64,000 bases of DNA, taken from positions 36,155 to 100,154 of the forward strand of contig JAZLBV010000014.1 in assembly GCA_045613925.1 (NCBI GenBank), read 5' to 3'. The notes under the pieces were generated by a model, which was not told the origin of the DNA, did not search any database, and saw only the letters and a list, made by a program, of their open reading frames with translations. This document shows positions 28,979-39,009 of the stretch, piece by piece. The DNA is from Candidatus Enterousia sp. GTDB taxonomy: Bacteria; Pseudomonadota; Alphaproteobacteria; Rs-D84. Made by a program: the position numbers and the translations under genes. Each line of letters starts with the position of its first letter. The stretch's first letter is position 1.

Positions 28979-30729
28979 ATCGTGATATCTTCCAGATTAA
29001 ATTGCGCACTTACACGACCATTATATTCGTTTTCTTTTAATTTACCTAACATCATTATTTTAGTATTTGTATTCGCGTCGTCCAGTAAAAAATCACCCAC
29101 AGGTGTTCCAACCAAATTAAACCCGACAAAGGCCAATTGACCACCATTACTGGTCTTAACAACACCGCGCAAATGCGACCCATTACCCATAATCGTAGCA
29201 TATTTTAACACAGCACCAGATAAAACCAATGTAGGTTCTGGATTACATTGTCCGAACGGCGCCATCACAGACATTTTTTTAACCAGATTAATATCTGCCC
29301 CCGCAGCATCTATCTGGGCATCAACAATTATTTCTGGGATTGGTTTTTCACCATTTAATTGTTCACGCACAGCCTTTTCTAAGAACGAACAAAAATCATC
29401 TTCTTTTTCAGCATTTAATGTAAATCCTGCAGCAGTAGCGTGTCCACCACCTTCGGCCAAAATCCCAGCAGACATCGCATCATGAATAATTTTACCTAAA
29501 TCTATTTCTGGTATAGACCGCCCAGAACCATTTATCATTCCCCCAGATTTCGTCGCAACACAGGTTGGCAAATTATATTTATCTTTTAATCTGCCAGCGA
29601 TAATCCCCATAACGCCACCGTGCCAATTATCACCACAAACGAACAAGCTGCATTTACCAGACTTACAACATTGTTCCGCTTTATCTACAGCATCCAACAT
29701 AATTGCATTTTGAATATCTATTCTTTCTTGATTCATTTTATGCAATTTATTTGCCAAAGCATCCGCTATCAAAGGATTATCTGTCAACAATAATTCCAAC
29801 GCAGGCGCCGCAGAATCCAAACGCCCGGCAGCATTTAATCGCGGTCCCAAAGCAAACCCAACCGCATACACAGACGGATGCTTTATCCCCGCAATTTCCA
29901 TCAAAACCTTTAAACCAAGATTTTGCCGCAACCCCATTACTTTCAATCCTGTTGCGACAAAAGCACGATTTAAATCAACCAGCGGCATAGTATCACAAAT
30001 AGTCCCCAACGCCACTAAATCAACATAATTCAATAAATTCACAGGTGTTTTATCATCACCAAAGAAATTTCTGTTTTTTAATTCACGATTCAACGAAACA
30101 AGTGTTAAAAACGCAACCCCCACACCAGCTAAAAAATCAAGGTCTGATGTATCATCTGTACGTTTTGGATTTACCACCGCATCTGCATCTGGCAAAACAT
30201 TATCAGGTGAATGATGATCGGTTATAACAACTTTGATACCAAGTTGTTTTGCACGTGCCACTTCGTCCACACCGCTTATACCGCAATCCACAGTTATCAA
30301 TAATTTAACGCCATCTTGCGCAATTTGTTCTATGGCTGCAATATTTAATCCATAACCTTCGCCTTCACGTGTTGGTAAATGCCAAGACACATCTATTCCC
30401 AAAGCCTTTAAATATTTTACAAACACAGCAGTTGATGTAATTCCATCAACGTCATAATCACCATATATTGCTATTTTTTGATTTGCACAAATTGCATCAG
30501 CAATTACACCAGTTGCAACATCCATATCCTTCAACACAGACGGATCTGGCATATATTCTTTAACAGACGGATGAAGAAACTTTTCAACATCACCAGGGTC
30601 TGAAATACCACGCGATGATAAAATACCCTTTACCAACGCATCCGCATTTTCAAAATTTTGATTCAGATTATAATAATCCGACACAGCCCACACTTTACCA
30701 AGCAGGGACTTTTCTACTATTCTACGCAC
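28975..30729 (-). CDS. recJ: ssDNA exonuclease RecJ
   Basis: GDYDVDG, TVDCG, TDHH, PRLNAAGRL, GGGHATAAG. Confidence 0.96.
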   Translation of the reverse strand: MRRIVEKSLLGKVWAVSDYYNLNQNFENADALVKGILSSRGISDPGDVEKFLHPSVKEYMPDPSVLKDMDVATGVIADAICANQKIAIYGDYDVDGITSTAVFVKYLKALGIDVSWHLPTREGEGYGLNIAAIEQIAQDGVKLLITVDCGISGVDEVARAKQLGIKVVITDHHSPDNVLPDADAVVNPKRTDDTSDLDFLAGVGVAFLTLVSLNRELKNRNFFGDDKTPVNLLNYVDLVALGTICDTMPLVDLNRAFVATGLKVMGLRQNLGLKVLMEIAGIKHPSVYAVGFALGPRLNAAGRLDSAAPALELLLTDNPLIADALANKLHKMNQERIDIQNAIMLDAVDKAEQCCKSGKCSLFVCGDNWHGGVMGIIAGRLKDKYNLPTCVATKSGGMINGSGRSIPEIDLGKIIHDAMSAGILAEGGGHATAAGFTLNAEKEDDFCSFLEKAVREQLNGEKPIPEIIVDAQIDAAGADINLVKKMSVMAPFGQCNPEPTLVLSGAVLKYATIMGNGSHLRGVVKTSNGGQLAFVGFNLVGTPVGDFLLDDANTNTKIMMLGKLKENEYNGRVSAQFNLEDITI

Positions 30730-30772
30730 ACTATACTCTTTTTTTTATTATCGGTATTATTATATAATAAAA

Positions 30773-32437
30773 TTATTCAAATAGCAACGGCATGATTCCA
30801 TCAAGTATCGCCCCTGCAGTCGGCACAGCATTCCAAGCTGCAGTTTTCCAATTAGCAGTTTCTTTTATTCCCTGTGGTTCATCCAACATAACTAAAATAA
30901 CATACTGCGGCGCATTTACTGGGAAAATACCAGTAAACACCGTTACATTTCTGGTTGTATCGACACGTCCATCCAGTCCGCGTTTTTCAGCAGTTCCTGT
31001 TTTTCCGCCAACATCAATACCCTTGACCCGTGCCTTGCGTGCAGTTGTTTTTTCTGCAATATTAAACATTATTTCACGGATATTTGCGGATATTTGAGAA
31101 TCCAGAACACGTTCCCCACGAACAGCACCTATACTGCGTTTTAACAACGTCGGATAAATATAAAACCCACCATTTGTGACCGCATTTACCGCCAACAACA
31201 AATGCATAGGTGTAACAGCAATTCCGTGTCCAAATGCCGCAGTTGCTTTTTCTGTTGGTCCCCAATTTTTGTACGTGATTGTTTTTTCTGTTTTACCAAA
31301 TTCAAGATTCAAAGACTTATCAAGATTTAACCTGTGAAAGAATTCTTTTTGTGCGCCATCAGGTAAATCCAAAGCAATTCGCGCACTGCCCACATTACAA
31401 GAATGCAGCATAATCTCAGGAGCTTTCAGTTTTGTTATTCCTTTCTTTTTTATGACATCCCGCTTAAACGAAGAAACATCATCTATGGGTTTACGCATAG
31501 CCTTGCGCCCAAATTTATCATAAATCATTAATGGTTCATCAACTTTGTAATCTTTGTTTGCCAAACCATTTTCATATGCCAGCGCAGTATTAAATATTTT
31601 AAATATAGATCCCATTTCAAAATTATCACGCAACAATTTAAATCTGCGCGATTTTATAGGAATAAAGTTTATATTATTCGGATCAAAATCAGGCAATTGA
31701 ACCATCGCTATCATTTCACCAGTACTGGAATTCATTAACATACCCAACGCACCTTTGGCGTGAAATTTATTCATAGCAATTGTTAACTGTTCGTGAAAGA
31801 TATTTTGTACACGCGAATCGATAGACAGACGCAACGCATCCTTGTTTTCACGTAAATAAGAATCATAAATATATTCCACACCTTCTAATCCTTCGTCTTT
31901 ACCAGCAAACCCGACAACGTGAGCAAATACATTACGTTGTGGATACCGACGCACAGTAAATTGTTCTATTTCAAAACAATCATATTTTCTGTTTGCTTCT
32001 TTAACAAATTTCATTTGTTCTTCGGTTGCATACTTTTTGATATAAACACCTGATTTTTGCGACCTAATTAAATTCAGTGCATCAGAAACACTATAATCCA
32101 TAGGTGCAATTTCGTGAATAATCCGCGCAACATCATCCACATTTTTTTCTTTGACCCGCGGTGGATACAGTTTGATATTTCCTGTTTCAACACTTTTTGC
32201 CAAAACAACGCCGTTTCTGTCAATTATATCTGCCCGACGTTCAATTTCATTACCATTAAAATTAAATTGTTTATAATCACTACTTTGTAAACCCAGTTGT
32301 ATAGTCCTGACTATGAAACACAAAAACAACACAGAAAAACAAATCTTCAATATATGCAAACGACCAGCGCTTTCACGATTATATACTGCGCCTTTGTATT
32401 CGTGCGGTAAAATATCTTTACCTATATCAAAATTCAT
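30773..32437 (-). CDS. ftsI: Class B penicillin-binding protein (FtsI-like)
   Basis: RADIIDRNG, EMGSIFK (SxxK), SCN, GKTGT; follows ftsL. Confidence 0.88.
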   Translation of the reverse strand: MNFDIGKDILPHEYKGAVYNRESAGRLHILKICFSVLFLCFIVRTIQLGLQSSDYKQFNFNGNEIERRADIIDRNGVVLAKSVETGNIKLYPPRVKEKNVDDVARIIHEIAPMDYSVSDALNLIRSQKSGVYIKKYATEEQMKFVKEANRKYDCFEIEQFTVRRYPQRNVFAHVVGFAGKDEGLEGVEYIYDSYLRENKDALRLSIDSRVQNIFHEQLTIAMNKFHAKGALGMLMNSSTGEMIAMVQLPDFDPNNINFIPIKSRRFKLLRDNFEMGSIFKIFNTALAYENGLANKDYKVDEPLMIYDKFGRKAMRKPIDDVSSFKRDVIKKKGITKLKAPEIMLHSCNVGSARIALDLPDGAQKEFFHRLNLDKSLNLEFGKTEKTITYKNWGPTEKATAAFGHGIAVTPMHLLLAVNAVTNGGFYIYPTLLKRSIGAVRGERVLDSQISANIREIMFNIAEKTTARKARVKGIDVGGKTGTAEKRGLDGRVDTTRNVTVFTGIFPVNAPQYVILVMLDEPQGIKETANWKTAAWNAVPTAGAILDGIMPLLFE

Positions 32438-32724
32438 TGTTCCACCATTGGTATATCATCTATATTAACAGTTTTACTATATGACACAGTCTCGGCATCC
32501 GGATTAACACCAACCACAGATCCGCGCAAACTATCCGCCGATGACAACGCAGAAAATTTAGTCTCTGCAATTGCAAACTCTTGACGCGTAGTATCCATTG
32601 CGTGTCTAACATTTTTTAAATTGTTATTTTGTTCACGATAACAAACCTGTAAAAACACGATAAGACAAACAATCCCTATGGCCATAGCCATCCCCAGATT
32701 AAACATTTTTTCGTCATCGCGCAT
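32434..32724 (-). CDS. ftsL: Cell division protein FtsL-like
   Basis: TM helix plus coiled coil directly upstream of ftsI. Confidence 0.65.
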   Translation of the reverse strand: MRDDEKMFNLGMAMAIGIVCLIVFLQVCYREQNNNLKNVRHAMDTTRQEFAIAETKFSALSSADSLRGSVVGVNPDAETVSYSKTVNIDDIPMVEQ

Positions 32725-32754
32725 AAAAACCTTCCTTTGCTTTCACCTATTCTA

Positions 32755-33129
32755 TCACAAATTATAAAAAAAACTAATCATAGATTGAATACCATTTAAC
32801 CTGGCTGCGCCAAAATTTAAATTCAAACTATTTATCTCTTTCATCAAATTCATTTTTTTTATTTCTTCAACACTTTTTCCATCAACCATAGACAAAATAA
32901 TTGCGACAATTCCACGTACCATTGCAGAATCAGCCATACCATAAAACCGATTATTTAATCTACATATTTTAACTAGCGACGTACAACCTAAAATCTCAGC
33001 ACACTCTGCCGCATCTGGAACACCCTGCAAAGTTTTCCCAATATCCATAACCATTTCTAATTTTTCAACCGGATCTTGAACCAAAGACAAAGCATTTTTT
33101 ATTTCTGTATACGTCATAATTTTTACCAC
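32755..33129 (-). CDS. sufE: SufE family protein
   Basis: ILGCTS, ADSAMVRG, RLNG. Confidence 0.85.
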   Translation of the reverse strand: MVKIMTYTEIKNALSLVQDPVEKLEMVMDIGKTLQGVPDAAECAEILGCTSLVKICRLNNRFYGMADSAMVRGIVAIILSMVDGKSVEEIKKMNLMKEINSLNLNFGAARLNGIQSMISFFYNL

Positions 33130-33437
33130 CCTTGTTCGGTTAAATCTAATTCAGCACGTGCTTCATCTGACATTTTGGACACATCCCATGCGGGATCCCA
33201 AACCAATTTAACATCAACAATTCTGCCATTTGCAACATTTTCAACATTTGTTCTGACCTGATTCAAAATATCTTCCATCATAGGACACGTCGGACTAGTA
33301 AACGTCATTTCTATAATAATTTGTTTATCATTGATTGAAATATCGTATATCAACCCCAAATCCCAAATATTCACAGGAATCTCTGGGTCATATACTTTTT
33401 TTATTTCACTAATAATTTGTTCACGAATTTCTGACAT
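33123..33437 (-). CDS. DUF59/MIP18 Fe-S assembly protein (SufT-like)
   Basis: DPEIPVNIWDLGLIY, TSPTCP, WDPAW. Confidence 0.9.
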   Translation of the reverse strand: MSEIREQIISEIKKVYDPEIPVNIWDLGLIYDISINDKQIIIEMTFTSPTCPMMEDILNQVRTNVENVANGRIVDVKLVWDPAWDVSKMSDEARAELDLTEQGW

Positions 33438-34555
33438 TACTTCACCACTTTTCGAATCGTTTCGATTACGTATTTGGATTCATCTATATTATTCCACGGC
33501 CCCACAGATATTCGTACAGAACCATCTAATTGTAATCTTTTATGTATCCAAGATGCGCACATATTTCCAACACGAACACAGATGTTCTGCACCCCCAACA
33601 TCGCACCAAAATCTAAAAAGTGCATATTATCAACAACAAAATCCAACATACACGAATCACGATTACTTATAATTTTAATGTGTTGAATATTTGATAATTC
33701 ATCATACATATACCGAATTAAATCAGATGCCCCAGACCAACCAGACAAAGATTTTATTGCATATGGCATACCAATTATCTGAGTTAATGGCAAAGTTCCC
33801 GCTTCAAATTTTTGTGGTGCATCATTTAAAATCCAATCTAAATTCCCCTTGATTTTATTTATCATCCCACCACCAAATTTATCAGGATAAAATTTATCAA
33901 TATCACGAATATACAACACACCCAGCCCAGTATCGGCACCAATTTTATGTCCTGAAAACACTAAAAAATCACAATCCCACTTTTTAACATCTATTTTTTG
34001 ATGAACAACATATTGCGATGCATCAACAATCGTAATTACATCTGGATTTTTTTTGCGCGCGACGCGAATAATCGTCTCAACATCCTGCGCTACACCCAAC
34101 ACATTTGACATAGCAGTAATAACCAATACATCTGTTTTTGGTATTAAATCAATATCTATATTCAAATTTTCGTCTAAATCACAAACAAATTCTTGTCCGA
34201 TTTTACCACATCTTAATAAATCTTCCCACGGTAATCGCGCACTATGATGATCTAAATCAGAAACAGCAAAACTGCTTTTATCATTATATCCAGGCTGAGA
34301 AACAATTATATCAACAATCCGATTTAATCCATCGGTTGCCCCAGACGTCCAAACAATATTTCTTGGGTCTGCACCAATAAAATCAGCAACCGCCATGCGC
34401 GCATCTGCAATCATTTTATCAACATTACCAGCACGTTCACAAATACCACGTCCTGCATTAGCATACGAATTTGTCAAAAAATCGACCTGGGCATTTATAA
34501 CCGTTTCAGGCTTTAACCATCCCGCGGCCGCATCCATATAAACATTTTCTTTCAT
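33437..34555 (-). CDS. sufS: Cysteine desulfurase SufS-like (class V aminotransferase)
   Basis: FSGHK PLP lysine, FEAGT, RVGNMCA catalytic Cys. Confidence 0.85.
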   Translation of the reverse strand: MKENVYMDAAAGWLKPETVINAQVDFLTNSYANAGRGICERAGNVDKMIADARMAVADFIGADPRNIVWTSGATDGLNRIVDIIVSQPGYNDKSSFAVSDLDHHSARLPWEDLLRCGKIGQEFVCDLDENLNIDIDLIPKTDVLVITAMSNVLGVAQDVETIIRVARKKNPDVITIVDASQYVVHQKIDVKKWDCDFLVFSGHKIGADTGLGVLYIRDIDKFYPDKFGGGMINKIKGNLDWILNDAPQKFEAGTLPLTQIIGMPYAIKSLSGWSGASDLIRYMYDELSNIQHIKIISNRDSCMLDFVVDNMHFLDFGAMLGVQNICVRVGNMCASWIHKRLQLDGSVRISVGPWNNIDESKYVIETIRKVVK

Positions 34556-34631
34556 ATAGTTTTTCTCTTGCTTTTTGTTATGATTATAATAAACTCAATA
34601 GAAATATCAATTAACTTAAGGAGAAAAAATA

Positions 34632-34952
34632 ATGGCATTAAAGCACGCGAACGACGAAACGTTTGATTCTATGTTATCAGAAGGATTGACATTGGTTGAT
34701 TTCTGGGCTTCTTGGTGTGGACCGTGTCAAATGTTTGGTCCTATTTTTGAATCTGTATCAGAAAAAGAAAACGACACAAATTTCGTAAAATTTGAAATAG
34801 ATGATACAAATCGTCGCACACCTGCCAAGTTCGGCATACGCAGCATCCCAAGCGTTCTGGCGTTTAAAAACGGCGAATTAAAAGAAGCACGTACCGGATT
34901 GATGGACGAAGAAACACTTACACAATGGATAAAAGAATTAAAGGTATCGTAA
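34632..34952 (+). CDS. trxA: Thioredoxin
   Basis: DFWASWCGPC, GIRSIP. Confidence 0.95.
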   Translation: MALKHANDETFDSMLSEGLTLVDFWASWCGPCQMFGPIFESVSEKENDTNFVKFEIDDTNRRTPAKFGIRSIPSVLAFKNGELKEARTGLMDEETLTQWIKELKVS

Positions 34953-34953
34953 A

Positions 34954-35385
34954 ATGGTAAAACAGAATTATAAAAATATTGAATTAGCACCAAAATACAC
35001 ACCAAAAAAATCAGAACCTTATATGTGCCCTGAACATTTGGCGTATTTCTATCAGATTTTAACTACACAGCGCGAAGAATTACTCAGCGACCACGATTCG
35101 GTGCTAAATGATGTCCGTATGGCAGAAAAAAACGAAAGCGCTGGTGTGGGCGACGAACAAGACCAGGCATCTGCCGAACAAGAAATAACATTGAACTTAC
35201 GCTTGTCAGAACGTAATTCAAATTTATTGAAAAAAATAGATGCCGCGTTAGATCGTATTGAAAATGGCACCTATGGGTATAGTGTTGTATCCGGCGAAGA
35301 AATTGGTCTGCAAAGATTGATGGCACGTCCATTGGCAACTATGACCATCGAAGAACAAGAAGAATACGAACAAAATAAAAAATAA
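34954..35385 (+). CDS. dksA: RNA polymerase-binding protein DksA
   Basis: DEQDQA tip motif, ALDRIENGTYG, RLMARP. Confidence 0.9.
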   Translation: MVKQNYKNIELAPKYTPKKSEPYMCPEHLAYFYQILTTQREELLSDHDSVLNDVRMAEKNESAGVGDEQDQASAEQEITLNLRLSERNSNLLKKIDAALDRIENGTYGYSVVSGEEIGLQRLMARPLATMTIEEQEEYEQNKK

Positions 35386-35404
35386 AAAATTCAAAACTTG
35401 AAAC

Positions 35405-35433
35405 AAAAAACCGCAAATCTGCGGTTTTTTTTT
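35405..35433. terminator. Bidirectional terminator
   Basis: AAAAAACCGCA/TGCGGTTTTTT between convergent genes. Confidence 0.8.
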
Positions 35434-35446
35434 ATTACCTTTATCA

Positions 35447-37690
35447 TTATTTCAACACAGCATCTCTAAAATAATCCTGTTCTTTAACAAGATATGCACA
35501 AAAATATGCACACGCAGATCTGCACGAATAACCAGAAAAATACGAATCAAACACCCAATTCGCCCCACCATCTTTTTTACAATAACAGGCCACCTTGGCA
35601 TCATTTGCAGGTTTCACACGTCCATTTTCCACCCACGAATCATACGAATTCTGAATTTGCGTCTGAACCGTTGCACCTGGTGTAGAACCGTGTGGCATAT
35701 TATCAGGACGCACAGCACTACACACGGAAATTCCTTTGACATTTCCACCAGAAAAATACGTCATCCAATCCCCAGCTGTCAACGAATTACAATCTGCCGA
35801 ACTTATTTCACCACGAACAAAACCATCAATAAAATTATAGCAATACCCTACACCATCACCATAATCTTTATCAGATTCAAATCTTGTTTGCTTTACACCA
35901 CCAGTCGCAGTATATCCCACCGTCTCAGGCGTTGGTTCAACATACACAGATTTTCCAGACGAATCAACAACCTTGCCCAACATAGCCGCGGCATTTTTCT
36001 CACCGAAACTTTCAACCAACTTTTTGGTTATCACGTCCCCGTCTTCTGAATCAGCAAACAAAGTCGTCGCATCTTTACCCTTTAAATGTGTCAAATCTTT
36101 CTTGCAATCTATACCATCAAGATTAAGCACACTTGGCGTAAACTTTGAAAAGTTTAATTTATCATAATTTTTAGTTCCAGCATCTTTTAAACATTGTTTC
36201 AGTTCTTTCAAAGCAGCATCTTCATTTTTCTTAGAATCTTTGTCATCTTTGGCACCTTTTATCCATTCGCCCAATTTACCATTTATCAAACTATTGCCAA
36301 CAATACCAACCGCTGCACCTGCCCCCAACGCAATCGCACCATATTTAACACGATTGGCACTTGCTTCTTGGTCAGACGTAATAAGCGCCTGATCTGATTC
36401 ACTGCCTGTCTTGGCACGATAAAGCGATGCATAATTTCCACCTGTTATACCAACATTTTCATCATCATAAAGCCCCATATCGGCTTTATCTAAAATAACT
36501 TCACTTTCTATACCAGGCTTCATCCCCAATGATTCTTTGCGTTCTTTCAAACTATCAGCCAACGCAAAATATTCATTACGATATTTCATAATCTTTGCAT
36601 CATTCCCACCTGGCAATTCAATTTCTTCCACACCTGCCTTAACAGATTTTCCATCCGCATACGAACAACGCATAGTTGCCATATACGCAGTCATATCACG
36701 ATCCGCCGCCGCATCTGCTTTTTGTTCAGTCAACCCCTGCGCCAACTGCATTGCGCCAATCCCAGTTGCTGCGGTTGTAGCCGCCGTCAAAGTCCGATTC
36801 GCCAACGATTGTTCAGTTTCTTTGGCATCATCCCATGCAGATTTTTTCTCAGCCAACGCCGCCGCCTTTTCTTCGTCGGTGCGTTCTTTCGGTTTTGGTT
36901 TCGGCTGTGGTTCAGATTTAGATTCGGGTTTCGTTTCTGGTTTTTCTTCTGGTTTTTTCCCGGGTTTTTCTTCTGTTTTTGTTTTCTTTTTCACACACTT
37001 ACCATCTTTATATTCTTTGTTTTCATCATTACAAACACACTCGTTCTTTTCTTCATCCCAGGTTGCCTGCTTTCTTATTTTCCAACACGCATCCTGTAAT
37101 GCCGATAAATCTGAATCCTCACACTTTTGTATCCCAGAATTCCACACCATTGAATCAGGACAATCACAGGTATTCTTTTCTTCGTTCCACTGACCTTTTT
37201 TGCCATTATATTCTGTCTCGCAAAATTGTTTATTAAGATTTACAGGTTGCTTCATTTCGAATTTTTCTGGCTCTACACCTGATTCTATTTTCCCAGGCTT
37301 TCTCATAACAGGTTTTGCATTATCCGCACCACTTGCAACAACCCCAACATCTTCAAGCGAAACAGAGCCTGGGGTTAACTTAATAGTATTACCAGCACCA
37401 GCAACTAAAGAAATTGTCTGTGTATCATACCCCACAAAACTTACCTTAGCTTGATTTCCATAAAGATCACAATTGAAAACCCCACCTTTTATGGTATAGC
37501 AGCCATTACTAGAATCTCCTGCCCACGAAACATTGACTCCTTCAAGTGGCTGATTATTTGCTGCATCAAGAACAACACCACTATACCTTTTAGTAGCGAG
37601 ACTTCCACTATTAAACGGCTGAACACCGTACGAAACGCACGGCATCAACACAAACAACCCGATAAAAATCTTTAAGATTTTATTTTTCAT
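35447..37690 (-). CDS. Large modular secreted protein: CarboxypepD_reg-like N-domain, Cys-rich repeats, PE/PK linker, shared 183-aa module, Cys-rich C-domain
   Basis: Start ATG 37690 with GGAG RBS; signal peptide; SGVVLDAANNQPLEGVNV...SFVGYDTQ; module paralogous to 50983-53208. Confidence 0.8.
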   Translation of the reverse strand: MKNKILKIFIGLFVLMPCVSYGVQPFNSGSLATKRYSGVVLDAANNQPLEGVNVSWAGDSSNGCYTIKGGVFNCDLYGNQAKVSFVGYDTQTISLVAGAGNTIKLTPGSVSLEDVGVVASGADNAKPVMRKPGKIESGVEPEKFEMKQPVNLNKQFCETEYNGKKGQWNEEKNTCDCPDSMVWNSGIQKCEDSDLSALQDACWKIRKQATWDEEKNECVCNDENKEYKDGKCVKKKTKTEEKPGKKPEEKPETKPESKSEPQPKPKPKERTDEEKAAALAEKKSAWDDAKETEQSLANRTLTAATTAATGIGAMQLAQGLTEQKADAAADRDMTAYMATMRCSYADGKSVKAGVEEIELPGGNDAKIMKYRNEYFALADSLKERKESLGMKPGIESEVILDKADMGLYDDENVGITGGNYASLYRAKTGSESDQALITSDQEASANRVKYGAIALGAGAAVGIVGNSLINGKLGEWIKGAKDDKDSKKNEDAALKELKQCLKDAGTKNYDKLNFSKFTPSVLNLDGIDCKKDLTHLKGKDATTLFADSEDGDVITKKLVESFGEKNAAAMLGKVVDSSGKSVYVEPTPETVGYTATGGVKQTRFESDKDYGDGVGYCYNFIDGFVRGEISSADCNSLTAGDWMTYFSGGNVKGISVCSAVRPDNMPHGSTPGATVQTQIQNSYDSWVENGRVKPANDAKVACYCKKDGGANWVFDSYFSGYSCRSACAYFCAYLVKEQDYFRDAVLK

Positions 37691-37716
37691 CTCTCTCCGA
37701 CACATACAAACAAAAA

Positions 37717-37932
37717 CTATTTGGCCTTTTTGGCAACAGTTTTCTTCTTTGGCGTACTTTTCTTTGTTGCAACAGATTTTTGCGACGGTTTTTCTTTGAT
37801 TTCTTTTTTGAAAACCTTTACACCATCGGCGATATTTTTCATCATAGTTGGAATTTTGGCACTGCCAAACAAAATAACCACCAATACAACGATTAAAATA
37901 ATTTCCCAAAAACCCCATCTCATATTTGCCAC
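37717..37932 (-). CDS. tatA: Twin-arginine translocase TatA
   Basis: WEIILIVVLVVILFGSAKIP...GVKVFKKEI. Confidence 0.9.
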   Translation of the reverse strand: MANMRWGFWEIILIVVLVVILFGSAKIPTMMKNIADGVKVFKKEIKEKPSQKSVATKKSTPKKKTVAKKAK

Positions 37933-37935
37933 CTT

Positions 37936-38730
37936 TTATTTAGTAACATAACAATCCAATCCGTCGGATTTAGCATTACGGCAGAAACCATTTGCATCAT
38001 TTGCAGAATTAAATGCAATACGCAAACGATACGTAGTCTTGCCCTTAACTTCTGCCGCCAAAATCACGAATTGTTTTCCATTAAATAAATTTTGGTGCGC
38101 ACTGCGGATTTTGCTTTCTGCTGCCTGAGCTAACTCACGCGTGCTGTACGATCCGAATTGAACATAAACACTGCCATTAATTGCGGTCGCCACAGACGTT
38201 TTCGGCTTATTTATTGGCGCAGTAATTTTCTTTGGCTGTTGCGGCTTTGCAACTGGTTTTGGCGCAACTGCCGGTTTATCAGGATTAAAGACAACCTCTT
38301 TTCTATCTTCTATAACACGAATCGGCTTACCATCAGATTCCACAGGTTTCACATCAACCGGTTTTGGCATTGGTTGCGGATTAGCCACTGGTTGTGGCAC
38401 AGGCGCAGGCTGCTGAACCGGCATTTGTTGTGGTACAGGTGCACCTTCGACTGGTTTTGGTGGAACATTTAAATTATCAACTGGTGCAGGAGGAACATCA
38501 GCAACGACCACTGGTGCATCTAAATCAACACTGACCGTCGTTCCCGAATCGCCCCCGACACGCGCAATTATAATCCACGTAGCCAACGCAATAACGGCAA
38601 TTCCCAATCCCATCAACAACCAGGGTCTTTTAGGACGCGGCGCAGAAAAAGGCGTTGCCTCTGGCAAAACGTCAGCTTCGTTGTTATCTTCTAAATCTAA
38701 TAAATCTAAGTTTTCTTCTTGGTCGGTCAT
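37936..38730 (-). CDS. SPOR-domain protein (FtsN-like)
   Basis: TM helix, Pro-rich linker, VQFGSY...YRLRI...ANGFC..AK SPOR domain. Confidence 0.85.
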   Translation of the reverse strand: MTDQEENLDLLDLEDNNEADVLPEATPFSAPRPKRPWLLMGLGIAVIALATWIIIARVGGDSGTTVSVDLDAPVVVADVPPAPVDNLNVPPKPVEGAPVPQQMPVQQPAPVPQPVANPQPMPKPVDVKPVESDGKPIRVIEDRKEVVFNPDKPAVAPKPVAKPQQPKKITAPINKPKTSVATAINGSVYVQFGSYSTRELAQAAESKIRSAHQNLFNGKQFVILAAEVKGKTTYRLRIAFNSANDANGFCRNAKSDGLDCYVTK

Positions 38731-38809
38731 AATATCCCCCCGTATTGTTTTATATGTTATGGGTATATTATATCATAAAAAAACGATATAACCAAGAAAT
38801 CGTTTAAAA

Positions 38810-38950
38810 TTATTTTGGCATATTTCCAAAATTAGGTGGCACTATCAATTTATGATTAGATTCCACGATTGGTTCATTTTCACATTTACAACAACCAGCA
38901 ACAAAACCAACCATCGACACAATCGCCAATAACATTGCTATTTTTTTCAT
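38810..38950 (-). CDS. Small lipoprotein (DUF3035-like)
   Basis: AAGGA RBS; lipobox VAGC; LIVPPNF motif. Confidence 0.6.
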   Translation of the reverse strand: MKKIAMLLAIVSMVGFVAGCCKCENEPIVESNHKLIVPPNFGNMPK

Positions 38951-39009
38951 CTTTCTTTTCCTTGCTTTACAAATCAATGAATGGGGGCGCAAACCGCCCC
39001 CACACATTT

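Noticed and set aside
37691-37918. N-terminal extension of the 823-aa ORF
   Set aside because: It overlaps tatA in another frame; the RBS and signal peptide indicate a start at 37690
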